Source: Monocercomonoides exilis PA203 (Eukaryota > Protista > Preaxostyla). Taken from it: a stretch of DNA of 64,000 nucleotides. Location of the stretch: NCBI GenBank assembly GCA_001643675.2, contig LSRY02000007.1:1736001-1800000 (forward strand), written 5' to 3'. Of the stretch, positions 25,911 to 37,899 are shown in pieces (the first letter of the stretch is position 1; each line of letters begins with the position of its first letter). A model generated the notes under the pieces. It was not told where the DNA came from and did no database searches. It saw only the letters and a program-made list of their open reading frames with translations. A program made the translations under genes and the position numbers.

Positions 25911-28900
25911 ATGTCTGCGATTGAAGGAATTGTTCAACAAATTTTCAAGCAATGCAAACACGAATTGACAGATACAGAATATGAACGATTATTCCTTATT
26001 GCAAATAGTTCAGAGGATGATAGTACAACACTTTTTTATGTTATCTTAACTTATCTTTGGGGTGAGAATTCTTCATCAAGACTATTTGCAGTTAGAGCCT
26101 TAAATTACCTTATGAAAATCAATTCTACAATTCTTTATCTTTCAAGCTCAAACCTTCCTTCTATTATTGATCTCTCATCTGGGAAAAATCCTTTTTTTCC
26201 TTTGCCACAACCAATTGAACTTGCCGAACAGCTTCAAAAAGAATTTTCACAATATCTCGGTTCGTGGTCAGAACTTTACGGAGCATCTTATCCTTTATTT
26301 TCGCATTCGCTTAGATTTATGGCTTTACAAGGTGTGCAAATAATTCCGCCAAAAAAGCAAGCAGCTCTGAGAAAGAGAAAAGATTTAATAGAAAACTCGC
26401 AAAAAGTTCTTGAATTATACAATCTTTTTGAATTGCTTGAAAATATAGTCCCACAAATGAATCTTCATCTGCAGAACGCTCGCTCAATTCTGGAACAACT
26501 TGCTCCATCGAGTGTAGATCAATGGATTGGAAATTTGGAAGAAAAACTTGGTGGCATAAATAGCGAGTCATCAACAACACTTGATTCAGGAACAATTCGA
26601 CCATTTGGGTTTGACATCGTATTCCAAGAATCTGACTTTGAAGATCACAGAAATCCCAAAGAAAATAAGAAGATCCTGGGGAATTTGCAAGTAAATGATC
26701 AAACACAAGAGCAATTCAAAGAATTACTTGTGCATCTCTCGAGATTGCAAAGTGTTTGCAGGACAAATGCTGATCTGCATCAAGAGACGCAGCGCAGACA
26801 CCTGCCTCGCCGTCCTGGCACATCCCCAGCGAAATCCACTGGACAAGCAGCACGGATGCCTTATCCCCCTCGCAGGCCTTCTTCTTCTTCTTCTTCTTCT
26901 TCTGCTTCTGCTTCTTCTTCTCCTATTTCTGCTTCTGCTTCTTTTCATTATTCTCCTTCTCCCTCTCCTTCTCGCTCCCCTTCTTCATCAACTCCAGAAA
27001 AGACTCCTTCTCAGCTGCTCAGCTCTCTTTTCTCTTTCGGTGCAAGTCTTCTTCCGTCTGATTTAATCGAAAAATCCTTTTCTCGTGTTGAAATATGCAT
27101 GTTTTCCCACATTTACGAGCGGACCAACATCAAAAGAGGGATAAAAGGCTGCAGGAGATGGAAGGCGCTGAATTTGGATTCTTTTCTCTTCGAAAAGCTT
27201 TTTGAGAGAATCAGCAAGAAGCTGAAGGAGAAATACAAAGACGAATTAAGTCAATCCACAGATAAAGAGAACCAGCCGTTTTTTGAAGAAAAAAAGGATA
27301 ATTTTCCCTCTCCTGATGGCAAAGCAGCAGATGGAGCACAAGAATCTTCTGTGTCTTCGTCTGATACCAAAAATGAGCTGTCATTGAAGACGATAACAAG
27401 ACTGTTTGAAAAGATGGCGTTGGAAATGTATGAGGAATGCTTGGGGATCACAAATGGTGCGAGGATTGTGGCAAATCAGGTAAAGATCCTTCATCTGGAA
27501 GAGGAGCTGATGAAAATGAATGAGAATGAAAAGAAAGACGTGAAGAATGAGAAGCAGAAGAAAAATGAGGCGAAAAACGAGGTGAAAGATATTTTGAATG
27601 CAGAGTCAGAGCCAAAAATGGCAGATGTGAAGATAAAAGACGAAATTGAAGACATTTCTGCATTCAGTTTCAGCACTCCAAAGCAATTGTCATCATCATC
27701 ATCTTCTTCTTTATCACCAACCACCAATAATCAATTATCTACAAGCCCATCCTCATCCTCATCTTCCCCATCTTTCTCTTCCTCTCCCTCTCCCTCTTCC
27801 TCCTTTCCCCCCAAACATTCCCCAAACCCTCCTCAAAGTGTGTTTGGCTCTCTGCTCTCAGCCCAGCGTGCGAGCGGGACAAGCACCGAAGCGCGGGCAG
27901 AGCAGCTGAGAAAGAAAGACCCCACAAAAAACGCAGAATATTCTGTTTTTGACATCGCCAAGGGAAATGCGCCGTTGGATGTGATGAATGCGACTGTCTA
28001 TTCGGCAACAGCTGCAACGAGCAGCGGGCTGAGTGCGAGTGAGCTGAATCTGGGGGAGATTTTGGGGGGTGGAAGAGGAAGAGGAAGAGGAAGAGGAAGA
28101 GGAACAGAAATAGGAACAGACAAAGATAGAGGAAGGGGAAGTGGAAGTGGAAGAGAGATGAGAAATGGGCAAACCCCTCTTTCAACCCCCGTTCGTCCTG
28201 GTTCAAAGAATTCTTCTTCTCTTTCTCCTTCTTCATCCAAGCCATCCATCCAAGCAAAACCGCCTGTTCCGCAGGAGCTTGTTGAGCTACACCGCAAAAT
28301 TGCACCAGTTTTGTCGTTTTTTGAGTCAGATTTTGATCCGATTGTGGCGAAAGAAGATCCAAAGAAAGTGAAGGCGATGTCGAACATGGGAATACAGCGG
28401 CTGCACAGATTCTATGGATCGCTGGCGGAAGTGGACTATGAGGAGGAAAGAGAAGGAGAAGGAGAAGGAGGAGAAGGAGGAGGGAAGAAGAAGAAGAAGT
28501 GGAAAGGAGCTATTGATGATGATGATGACGATGATGATGAAGAGGAGGAAGAGGAGGAAGAGGAAAATGCAGAAGGTGATGACGAAGGAGAAAGATGGAG
28601 AGAGACTGAAAGAAAGAAAGAAAGAGAAAACAAAAAGAGAGAAGGAATTGGAAGAGAGAGAAATTTGGAGTTGATGAATGAAAGAATAAAAGAAGGAGAA
28701 GGAAGAGAAGAAGGAGAAGGAGAAGAAGAAAGAAAATCATACAAATCGGGAGAAAAGCGAATGAAGCTGTCGAATGGGAAAGTGGTTGATCCGATGCATG
28801 TTCGATATGTTGTGTTAAAAGAAGGAGAAAAAGAAGCTCAGAAAATTGTCGAGGCGAAAGAGAAGGAAATCAAAGAGAAAATGGAAAGAGAAAGAAAACA

Positions 28901-30026
28901 GAAAGAAGAAGAAGAAGAAAAAGAAAGAGCCAAAATGAAAGAAGCAACAAACGTTGTAGTGATAAAAGAAGAAGGGGACAAAGTTATTCAGCCAAAGATG
29001 GAAGACTCGTCACTTCTGCTGCCAACAGCAACATTTCAGTCATCTGATCATCTTCCTCAGCCACCTTCTGTTATGCCTCAATCATCACTTCCACAAAGAA
29101 GAATACAACAAATAGAATTAAAACCAGAACCAGAACCAGAATCATCCAACTCCTCTGCTTCTTCCTCCTCCGCTCTCTCTTCAATTCTTCATTCAACTGA
29201 AGCAAACATGGCTAATAGCTCTTATTTGCATCTGTCTCCAAGCAATTCTTCCTCTTCGGCCTCTCTTTTTGACTCAGATGTGCCAGATGCTGTGCTTCCT
29301 CTGAATCAGCTGCCGTTTTTGACTCATTCAACAACAACATCATCATCAACAACATCATCATCATTGTTATCATCATCATCGTCATTTTCATCGTCATTTT
29401 CATTGCCATTGGCACAACCACAGACTCAATTGCAGTCATCTTTAGCTCCATTGCCTTTGCTGGGAAGCTATCCGCCTGCTTCTTCTTTGACATCTTCTTC
29501 TGCTTCTTCTTCTGTATTTCCATCTTCATTTCCTTCCATTTCATCATCATCATCTTCTTCTTCTTCATCCTCTCCCTTTTCTTCTTCTCCATTTTCATCT
29601 TCCTCTTCCTCTTCCTCTTCATTCAGTTTAATTCCCGATCAAATCTCCGACAATTCAATTAGCAGCTCTTTTGTGCCTGTTGTTCATCGTGTTGTTGACA
29701 ACACCCCCAAAAAGGAACCAGACGATGCTCTTTTGACTGAAAACACAGCAACACAGCAGCCATTGGGAATAGCAGATTCTCAAATAACACAACCAGAAAT
29801 GCAATTTATGGCTAAGTTCATGCAAAATGTTAAAGTCAATACAAAAACGAAAGCCAAAGCGAAAGCAAAGTCTAAAGCGAAGTCAACAGTTTATGGGCGT
29901 ATCAGTCTTGCTATCAGGAAGCAAGAAATAGCAGCGCAAAAGAGAGAGAAAATTAATTGGAAGCTGCTTGATCCCGTTGATATTAGCGGGCAAGTTATTC
30001 CGACGGATCATAGAGGAATGATGTAA
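25911..30026 (+). CDS. UVSSA: UVSSA-like protein (N-terminal VHS-like domain) with large low-complexity expansions, 1371 aa
   Basis: The N-terminal ~145 aa align by eye to UVSSA: SSEDD..RLFAVRALNYL..SNL..IIDLSSGKNPFFPLPQPIELAEQL..WSELYGASY versus SSEEQ..RLSAFQIVEEL..SNF..LELTLGTDPAQPLPPPREAAQRL..WNEKFGEAY. Internal APVL..HRFYG resembles UVSSA APVV..HRFW. Confidence 0.7.
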   Translation: MSAIEGIVQQIFKQCKHELTDTEYERLFLIANSSEDDSTTLFYVILTYLWGENSSSRLFAVRALNYLMKINSTILYLSSSNLPSIIDLSSGKNPFFPLPQPIELAEQLQKEFSQYLGSWSELYGASYPLFSHSLRFMALQGVQIIPPKKQAALRKRKDLIENSQKVLELYNLFELLENIVPQMNLHLQNARSILEQLAPSSVDQWIGNLEEKLGGINSESSTTLDSGTIRPFGFDIVFQESDFEDHRNPKENKKILGNLQVNDQTQEQFKELLVHLSRLQSVCRTNADLHQETQRRHLPRRPGTSPAKSTGQAARMPYPPRRPSSSSSSSSASASSSPISASASFHYSPSPSPSRSPSSSTPEKTPSQLLSSLFSFGASLLPSDLIEKSFSRVEICMFSHIYERTNIKRGIKGCRRWKALNLDSFLFEKLFERISKKLKEKYKDELSQSTDKENQPFFEEKKDNFPSPDGKAADGAQESSVSSSDTKNELSLKTITRLFEKMALEMYEECLGITNGARIVANQVKILHLEEELMKMNENEKKDVKNEKQKKNEAKNEVKDILNAESEPKMADVKIKDEIEDISAFSFSTPKQLSSSSSSSLSPTTNNQLSTSPSSSSSSPSFSSSPSPSSSFPPKHSPNPPQSVFGSLLSAQRASGTSTEARAEQLRKKDPTKNAEYSVFDIAKGNAPLDVMNATVYSATAATSSGLSASELNLGEILGGGRGRGRGRGRGTEIGTDKDRGRGSGSGREMRNGQTPLSTPVRPGSKNSSSLSPSSSKPSIQAKPPVPQELVELHRKIAPVLSFFESDFDPIVAKEDPKKVKAMSNMGIQRLHRFYGSLAEVDYEEEREGEGEGGEGGGKKKKKWKGAIDDDDDDDDEEEEEEEEENAEGDDEGERWRETERKKERENKKREGIGRERNLELMNERIKEGEGREEGEGEEERKSYKSGEKRMKLSNGKVVDPMHVRYVVLKEGEKEAQKIVEAKEKEIKEKMERERKQKEEEEEKERAKMKEATNVVVIKEEGDKVIQPKMEDSSLLLPTATFQSSDHLPQPPSVMPQSSLPQRRIQQIELKPEPEPESSNSSASSSSALSSILHSTEANMANSSYLHLSPSNSSSSASLFDSDVPDAVLPLNQLPFLTHSTTTSSSTTSSSLLSSSSSFSSSFSLPLAQPQTQLQSSLAPLPLLGSYPPASSLTSSSASSSVFPSSFPSISSSSSSSSSSSPFSSSPFSSSSSSSSSFSLIPDQISDNSISSSFVPVVHRVVDNTPKKEPDDALLTENTATQQPLGIADSQITQPEMQFMAKFMQNVKVNTKTKAKAKAKSKAKSTVYGRISLAIRKQEIAAQKREKINWKLLDPVDISGQVIPTDHRGMM

Positions 30027-30799
30027 AGATTAAGATTGGATGGAGGCAGCGGAGGAGGAGAGGGAAGGAGGCGAGGAGTTAAAAAGAATTTGAACACAAA
30101 AAATTAAAAATTCATCCAAAAAAAAAGGAAAAAAAAAGGAAAAAATTGTTGATTGCAGTCCATTTTTAAGTTTTAGCTTTTTAAGTTTTCGTTTTCAATT
30201 TTTCATAAAAATGAATTTTAAGTTGAAAAGATAAAATTACAAACATGAAAATTCAAATTCCTTCAAAATAGTTTTAATTGAAATTTCTCTAACACATTTG
30301 TATTTTTCGAGAAAGTTGTTTGCCTTGAGGTTGTCCAAAAAAAGAAAAAGAAAAAAGAACCTGGAAATTAATTCAAAAAAAAATTTTTTTGTGAGATTTC
30401 GAAATTTTCAAAACATTTTACCCATTTTGAAGGGAAAATGATTTCGCTTTTAATCACATGTCATGAAAAGTCATTCAGTTTTTAAAGTGCATTATGCATT
30501 AATTGACAAATACGCTAGAATACATTCCTCATAATGTTTGTGAGATTTTTCAGTCGAAAATTTTACAAGATTTTTTGCAAAACGAAGTTCATTAATAATT
30601 TGATTCAAGAAAATTGTAAAAACGAACACTTCTTATATACCTTATCAATCAATTTATGTAAATTTTAATCTTAAATGTCTCAGAAAGTTTTAGATTATCA
30701 ATTTTTATATTTACGATCAAATACAAAAGAAAGTTAGCACCATTATCTTTCCCTGCATAATGGAAGTGTCAAAAAGATTTAGTTAGCGAAATGATGGCT

Positions 30800-31412
30800 T
30801 TACTTTGCGCGAACAGCGAATTTAGCCTTGATCACAAGCTTGTTTTGTTGGCGTCTTGTTCTCTTTGTCAGTTGCTTAGCGGTCAATTGACGTCTAATGG
30901 CACGTGTCTGGAAAAAAGAAAGAACATTAATTTATAAAGCAAAAATCGAACGAATACGTTTGATTAGCAAACCTTCTTTGGGCGAAGATCATAAGGAATC
31001 AACTTCTTGTCTGAAATGAAAATAAAAAAATATTAAAGAAACAAATTACTCGCTAATCTGTAAAACACCAAAAAAATACCTTTCCAGAATTTGACCAATG
31101 AAGCTTTTTGCTTCTGGTTCATCACGGTCAAGATGCGGGCGATTGACTTTTTCACAACGCGACTAACAAAATTAAGTTGAATTAAAATTATGTTTGAGAG
31201 ATTTTTATCACATAAATTTTAAAAAACATACATCTTCGACAAATTTTGTGGTGAAGAAGATGCAACTTTGGAAATGCGAAGTGTCAGAAGTTCCTTTTTC
31301 AAATCTTTCAGCTGAGTGAGAAGATCTTTCTTTGTAAGTTTTCTTAAAGCAGCTGCGTTTGTTGGTGCTATATATGGAATGTTTTAAGTGCAAACAAGTT
31401 AAAAAGTACCAT
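30800..31412 (-). CDS. RPL35: 60S ribosomal protein L35 (uL29), multi-exon
   Basis: AAALRKLTKKDLLTQLKDLKKELLTLRISKV..LSKI|RVVKKSIARILTVMNQ..FWK|DKKLIPYDLRPKK|TRAIRRQLT..FAVRAK*; GT-AG introns 31163-31231, 31011-31079 and 30908-30972. The start exon is anomalous (see findings). Confidence 0.93.
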
Positions 31413-31669
31413 TAGATCATTCAATAAAACAACAAACCCATCGACTTTCGACTAGAATGTGCTCAAAAGGGAATTATTATGATCATTCATGATCGATAAA
31501 TTTTTTATTCGATAATTATGGAAACAAAAAAATCTCAAATAGGACAAATGAGAATTAATTTTTTACACAAAATTTGATTCCATAAATTTTTTAATGAATG
31601 TTTTTGTAATATTAAGAAATAGATACCATAGTTTTTTACAAAAAATTCAGAAATATTTTTTTTCATTTC

Positions 31670-32094
31670 ATGGTTAGAATTAAGCGACGATATTTTTTGG
31701 TGAAAATACAATGGGAACAAAAGCCACAACGTGTAGATACAAAAGGAATAACAAACAGGATCCAAGAAGAAATTATCCGCCATTTTGGTGATTTAGGAAG
31801 TGGCTTTTCTTTGGGGCAAATATTCAGTTTGCAAAATTATTTTGCGTATTGTTTTTTAATTTGGGATGTTTTTATTTAGCTATTCGCTACTTAGATGCAT
31901 CGAATATGTTTTTTATTCGAGTTGAACATGCAAATAAGAAGATAACAGAACAAGCACTATCGCTTGTCCATTCACTGTTCAAAACTCCTTGCACTCTCAA
32001 TCCACTTATATGTAGTGGAACTGTTCGGAAATGTGAAGAAATGATTTTTAAGTCGGTAAGTGGAAATGATCAAAAGAAAAAGAACAAAAAATAA
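31670..32094 (+). CDS. POP5: RNase P/MRP subunit Pop5 (Rpp14/Pop5 family); intron 31827-31879
   Basis: MVRIKRRYFLV..I...IIRHFGDLG..IRY..FFIRV..ALSLV..CSGTVRKCE. The 3' end may use a further intron (gtaagt near 32056). Confidence 0.85.
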
Positions 32095-32255
32095 TTTACT
32101 CAAGCAAAAACTTCTGAAACGCATAAGTTTTAAAAAGCTATAACGTATAATACACCTTCTAAAAAGGAAAAACAACGAAGAGCAATCAATCGAAAAGGTA
32201 TCTTTTCGTTGTAATTTTTTTAAAAATTGATGAACTAATATTTTATTTTATAAGA

Positions 32256-35200
32256 TCATCTCTTAGATTTTTTCTTTTTGGAATGTGAAGAGGATGATGG
32301 AACAGAAATTGTGGCTGATTTGTCGATTAAAAATAAATTACAAAAAGGAAGTAGATGAATATTATACCGAATTTTTGAATAGAATTTCTCTAAATAACAA
32401 AAAATGAGCATACCATCAGTTCCTTCCATCATTTTTGACTGCAATTCGAGATTGGATACCAAATCTTGAACTTGTGCCTGAACAAGAAAATGAAACATTT
32501 GTTTTCCCCCACCACAACACAAGAATACAACAAAATGATATTGAAAAGCAATAATATTTACATTTAAATTGCAGAAGATAAAAATTTTGAAAATAAAACA
32601 AAATAAAATAAAATGAGTGAAAAAATTTTCACAAAAAATACAACTTACAGTGCAAATAGCACCTTGAAATTCCTCCACACATACTTGTAAGTCATCCACT
32701 TCTCTTTGATGTTCTCTGTTTATTATGGCTATCTGAGCTGTCAAACTTGTAATGTGAGCTTTCTGTTGCTCAATCATCTTTTGCTGCGTGTGAGTTATCT
32801 GAGTAACAATTCAATTAGAAGAGTAAAAAATTCATAAAGAAGAGAAAAATTGAACATAATTTAAAAAAAAAATCATTTTTTTTAAGAAACAAAATTGAAA
32901 TTAAAAGTTATTGCTAATTCATTATTTCATACTGCTTCCAAGGTTTTTCTCTCTTCTGTATGTTTATCTTTTATTTGCAACAAATCACTGATTCTCGATT
33001 CCAATTTCTTCTTTTCTTTTGCACTTACCTCGAGTTCAATGCTGAGGCGATGAATGTCTTCATCCCGACGGCTCAGTTCTCTCTTCAGAGCCATCTGAAA
33101 TGGTTGATTTAGAGAATTGAAAATAGAAAGAGAGAAAGAAAAAAAGTTGATTTAAAGTCATCCAATTGATCACCAAATAGAAATATTAATTGAAAAAAAA
33201 TAGTAAAGAAAAGAAAAGAAGGAAATTTCGTGATATTTACCATTTCCAATTCATTACACATACAATTTGAGCATCTTGCTTCTTTTTAGCCACTGCTGCT
33301 GCATTCTGTTCTCTGCTCGCCATCTGCTGCACTTCCCTTGTCATTGCATCGCTTCTTGCCAGTTTTTCTTCATAAAACCGCAGCTGCTCATCCAGCTGAT
33401 TCAGCAGCAGCCTGCCGTATTCCTTCACAATCTCCTGGATCTTCTCTTCAAACATCTCCTCAGCACCGCACACACACCCAAATGACTCTCCCACATCGTG
33501 CAACGAGGCCCAATCATCTTCACTGCCACTGTCGTGCTCGCCTTCTTCTTCTTCTCTTCCGGCTCCTGTTCCTCCTCCTCCTCCCCCTCCTCCTCTTTTG
33601 CTTCCATCCTCTCCGCTTGACGATCCATGCTGTATCCTTCGGCGCATCGGCCTCCGCACGCTTATTCGCTTCTCGGTGCTTCGGTCAATCTCCACAAGTT
33701 TACCATCACTCTGGTTTTGCACAAGACGATGAACGTATCTGTAAGTAGTCAAGCATCATAAAAATGAAAAAAGAAAAAAAGAAAATAATATCAAATAAGT
33801 ATTTTTTGAGAGCATTGAGATCATTTTCATTCATCAGTCAAGAAATACGAATAATTAAAAAAAAAGAAGTTAAAAATATTATCACTTGAAAATTCTCTTT
33901 TCCGCAAACCCTTCTTGTGTGTAGTCCCACACTCTCTGAGTCTCCAGTTCTAACGCATAGTTGTGCTGTGTCTCCTCAAAATGGCGTGCGGCGTGTCCTC
34001 TGTGGTATCTCCCGCACCCGATGTGCCCGCAGATCAGGCAGATCCACAGCGCCTCATGTGTTCCACAGACGGCGCATTCAGACTCAGGCGGCTGGGGACC
34101 CAGCGAATATCTGCAGACAGGGCAAGAACCCTGACTCCATTGAGAGAAGCATTGCATGTGGAAGGAGTGGTTACACATAATAGTAAGAATCCCGCATTCT
34201 CTGGCATCAAGGCGCTCCAAACAGACTGGACATGTTGGCATTTCTATTAGCGAGGGAGAAGGTGAAGGTGAAGGCTTTGCTGAATTGGGTGGAGAAGGTG
34301 ATGGATGGACAGCTGGAGAAAGAGGTCGTCCTGATTGGCAAGAAGGAGAAGCAGATGAAATGGATGATGTGGTCAATGGAGAAGTAAATGAAGAAGAAGA
34401 AGATGATGATGAATAAGAAAGTGAGTGAAGTGAAGATCCAAACAAAGGATGAGGAGAACGAAAACGATTATATTCCATGTTGAAATCCACAACCTCTAGA
34501 CTTGCAACAAAAACAATATGACAGTAAAAAGCCTATTAAAGCAGTTCCCAGTAAAAATATATAACATTAAAATTAAACGTTGATTAAAAGTGAAACCTCG
34601 AGTGCACTAAAAGGCCTTCCATTGTATTCTAAATACAAAGATTCTGCTGATTCACTACTATCCATCTTTATAATAGCCAAGTATTTGTCTCTATTTTTCG
34701 ATTGTCTGATACAGTGCATTTTTAATAATCACACACAAAACTAAACATTATGAACCAATAACAATACCTAAATGTTCTCAGAAGTTCGATGTTGTCTTGA
34801 TATGGCTCGAGAAAATGACATAAGGTAATAATCTGAATATGCGCTGGAATCGCAAGAATGCATAAAAGTCTTCCTTCTGTTGAATTACTCCTTACAGTTG
34901 CTCGTAGAGTTGAAAGATCAGAGAAAGTTCGTTGCTCACGAAAAAAACGAATTCTTCCCGGTATTATTGATGGCTGGCGAACGCCTATATTTCGATTATT
35001 TAATGCACAAAATCAAGAGAAGTTATACCATGAACTTGACCTTCAAATATAAAATGATAAAACCTGATTCAATAACTTTTGTTACAAGTCCGCTTTCGTC
35101 GGACTCATCGTCTTCCTCTTGAGAAGGGGATAATTTTTGTTTTTCAATTGGTGAAGAAGCTTTTGTCAAATTCCAAATTCATAAATTAAAAGAAAAGGAG

Positions 35201-35320
35201 CAAATAAAATATTTCTAAATGTTCTGAATTGACATTCAAACAAGGTGCAAATTGATTAGAAAATGTTAGTTGTTTAAAGATATTAGGGTCATTAGCTTCA
35301 AATGTAATGTGATAAGCCAT
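32256..35320 (-). CDS. BRAP: BRAP2/IMP (Etp1-like) RING and ZnF-UBP E3 ligase, multi-exon
   Basis: EMPTCPVCLERLD..ILTIMCNHSFHMQC..W..CPVCRY (RING); CAVCG..LWICLICGHIGCGRY..GHA..HFEETQHNYALELETQRVWDY..YVHRLVQNQSDGKLVE (ZnF-UBP); EYGRLLLNQLDEQ..YE coiled coil; upstream LCILAIP and YNGRPFS exons. ATG at 35320; exact exon borders partly inferred. Confidence 0.9.
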
Positions 35321-36686
35321 TTTCAGCAAAATAAAAAATTAAATTAAAAAAGAAATTTATGTAGGTAATATTGATCATGATTATGTTTGGAAAGGATGGA
35401 AAATTAACCAATATAAAAAGTTTTCATTTCAGCTTGTTTTATACGTTCTTTTCGAATGCATAATGGTACAAAAATGCTTCTTAAAAATAATTTCACAATT
35501 GATAATAGAGACTAAATATTTTGCTTTATGAATTTTGTTCCATTCTGTTCAAACAAATGGGTGATTCTTTTTGAAAAGTCACAAATAGGCCTTTGCGACA
35601 ACTCATTTTTTTAATTATTGTGTCGGTCGAATAAGTCTTTCGTTGTCGAATTGCTAAATTTCTCGATTATTATCCAAAAAGTGTGTAATCATCGTTTTTA
35701 TTGCAAACTTTCTCAATTTATTGAATTCCTAACAACTAATTGGTGTTAATTTTTAATTCAAATAAAAAAAGAATAAAAAATAATCGAAAAAATCTATAAT
35801 GCATTTGATCGAAAGACATTCGTTGGAGATCCGATTTGTTAGCTTTGCTTTGATGCACCAAATTAGAAAATTAGTTCAATTTCCTTGTAAGAAAAGTTTG
35901 ATGCAAAATTTTGCACTCTTAACTTTGAATGTTTTCTTTTTTATTGTTAATTAATCTATGAAACGATATTGTTTGTTCATGTGCATTTATTTCATAATCT
36001 CTTGTTTCACAATTTTGATGTTATTGCTTGATATGCAATATCTGCATATAAGACATACATAAGAAAGCAATCAATAAAGAGATCCAAAAATATTTGTTTT
36101 TTAAAAAACACATTGTTCAGAACAAGTTTGAGGCAATTTTTCTTTTATCCAAGATAATTTTTATTAGATGATGATATTTTATTGTTCTTATTCTTTTTTT
36201 TCAACAAACAGAATTAGATAATATATAAAATCGTTAATTTCAACAATTGAATTGGTTATTAAAACAGCAGTCAATTGGAACCTTGCAATCGAACTTTTGA
36301 CATTCAGAAGTTCAAATTGAAGATTACTTGTCAAATATTTGTTTTTTTAGATCGTTTTTTATTTTGTTTGTTCATTTTTGATGCTTCTTGTAACAAAGAA
36401 AAACAATATTCATAAAAATTTAATGATTTAATAAGCCCTTTGTCCGATAAGTTGCTTCTTCTTCTTCTTCTTCTTCTTCTTTTTCTTCTTCTTCTTTTTC
36501 TTTCATTATTTCTTTTTCTTTTTTCTTTTTTTTTTTTTTTTTTTTCTTTTCTTTTCTTTTCTTTTTGCAAAAATCACACACTTGAAACAAATGTTGGAGT
36601 TGTGAAATATAAAAATGGTAATTAACATTGATTGTATCTTTTATAAAAATGTTTTGAACTGGTTTAAAAATCTGATAGAGGAATTC

Positions 36687-37899
36687 AGAAGAACTTGAGG
36701 AGATTGTGAATGACACAGTCAAAAAGGATCCGAAGCTAATTGAGATGGTTACGATGGAAATGTCGCCAGAGGCGCAGTGTAGGAGAGCAGAGAAGGAGGC
36801 AGAGAAGAAGAATGAAGAAAACATGAAGAAAAGAATAAATGGAAAAGAGATGGTTCATTCAGAGTCTGAAGAGTATTTGCTGGCTGAAAGCGGATCAACT
36901 GAATATATATTAGGTAAGGACTCAGACAAAATCCCTCAATGGATGCTGGAGAAGGTTGATGAGAAAGAAGAAGAAGAGATTAGAAAGAGAACTCCATCAC
37001 CATCCATTTCTTCAACATGTTCAACTGATTCAGATTCAACATTTGTTCGAGGGGAGGATCTGTGCCCAACCACCTCATCCATGTCGAATCTGGTGGATGC
37101 AATGGCCTGTTCATCGCCTCATGAGAAATTGATTGTGGATCTGAGGGATTCGCTGTTCATGCTGCTTCATGGGAGGAACGAGAAGAAGGAGATGGCGATA
37201 AGCACTCTGCAGGAGAGGGAACAGACAGCTGCACAGGTGTTGTTCTGGGTTGCAAATGGAGCTCTCCACTCGTTTGATGAAATGGAAAATCCTCTTCAGT
37301 CATTGTCCAGTCTGAGTCCTCACATTGTGTTGTTCTCAGAGCACATGATCATCTGTATTGTGATGCATTCGGACTTATTGTCAGATGATGACTCTGATCC
37401 ATCATCCATTTCTTCATCAACTGTTGTTACATCAGCCAGTGTTGATGATAACAGCGACTCTTTGCCATCATCAGCCTTTGAGGACGAGGATGACAATTTC
37501 AAAAAAGAGTGTCTGAGGTGGAAGGCGCCTGAGCTGCTGATGAACAAGAAGAGGGAAGCAACGAAGGAATCTGTTGTCTTTTCGATTGGGATGATGCTGT
37601 GGGAATGCTTGACTCTTTAAATCCCGTTTGGGGAGTATGAGGCAGAGGTGGCAGGGCAGAAGATTGTGAATGGAGAGAGCCCAAGTGTTGAAGCCGTTGG
37701 TGAGAGCAGATTGAAGGGTTGTGTGATGTCAAGTTTTGCGACTTGCCCGACAGCGAGGCCAACACTCATCAATGCCAATAGAGTGTTTATTCAGCGTTTC
37801 CCAGCAGGCGCTGTGATGCTCACAGTTTCAGATGCAATTTGTGAAAGTGATGGAAGAAGAATGAAAGAGAAAGAAGTCAATTTTGAAAGAGGAGTGTAA
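36687..37899 (+). pseudogene. Captured cytoplasmic (pseudokinase) fragment of the receptor family, with nonsense TAA at 37618-20
   Basis: 304 aa identical to ORF 62822-63970, which has CAA where this copy has TAA. Homology to that gene starts at ~36687, so ectodomain and TM are absent. Confidence 0.88.

Noticed and set aside
20746-31412. Alternative genetic code (TAA/TAG = Gln, known in some oxymonads) as the cause of in-frame stops
   Set aside because: Villin and RPL35 end in TAA at their expected C-termini, and multi-kb ORFs use CAA/CAG with no internal TAR codons.
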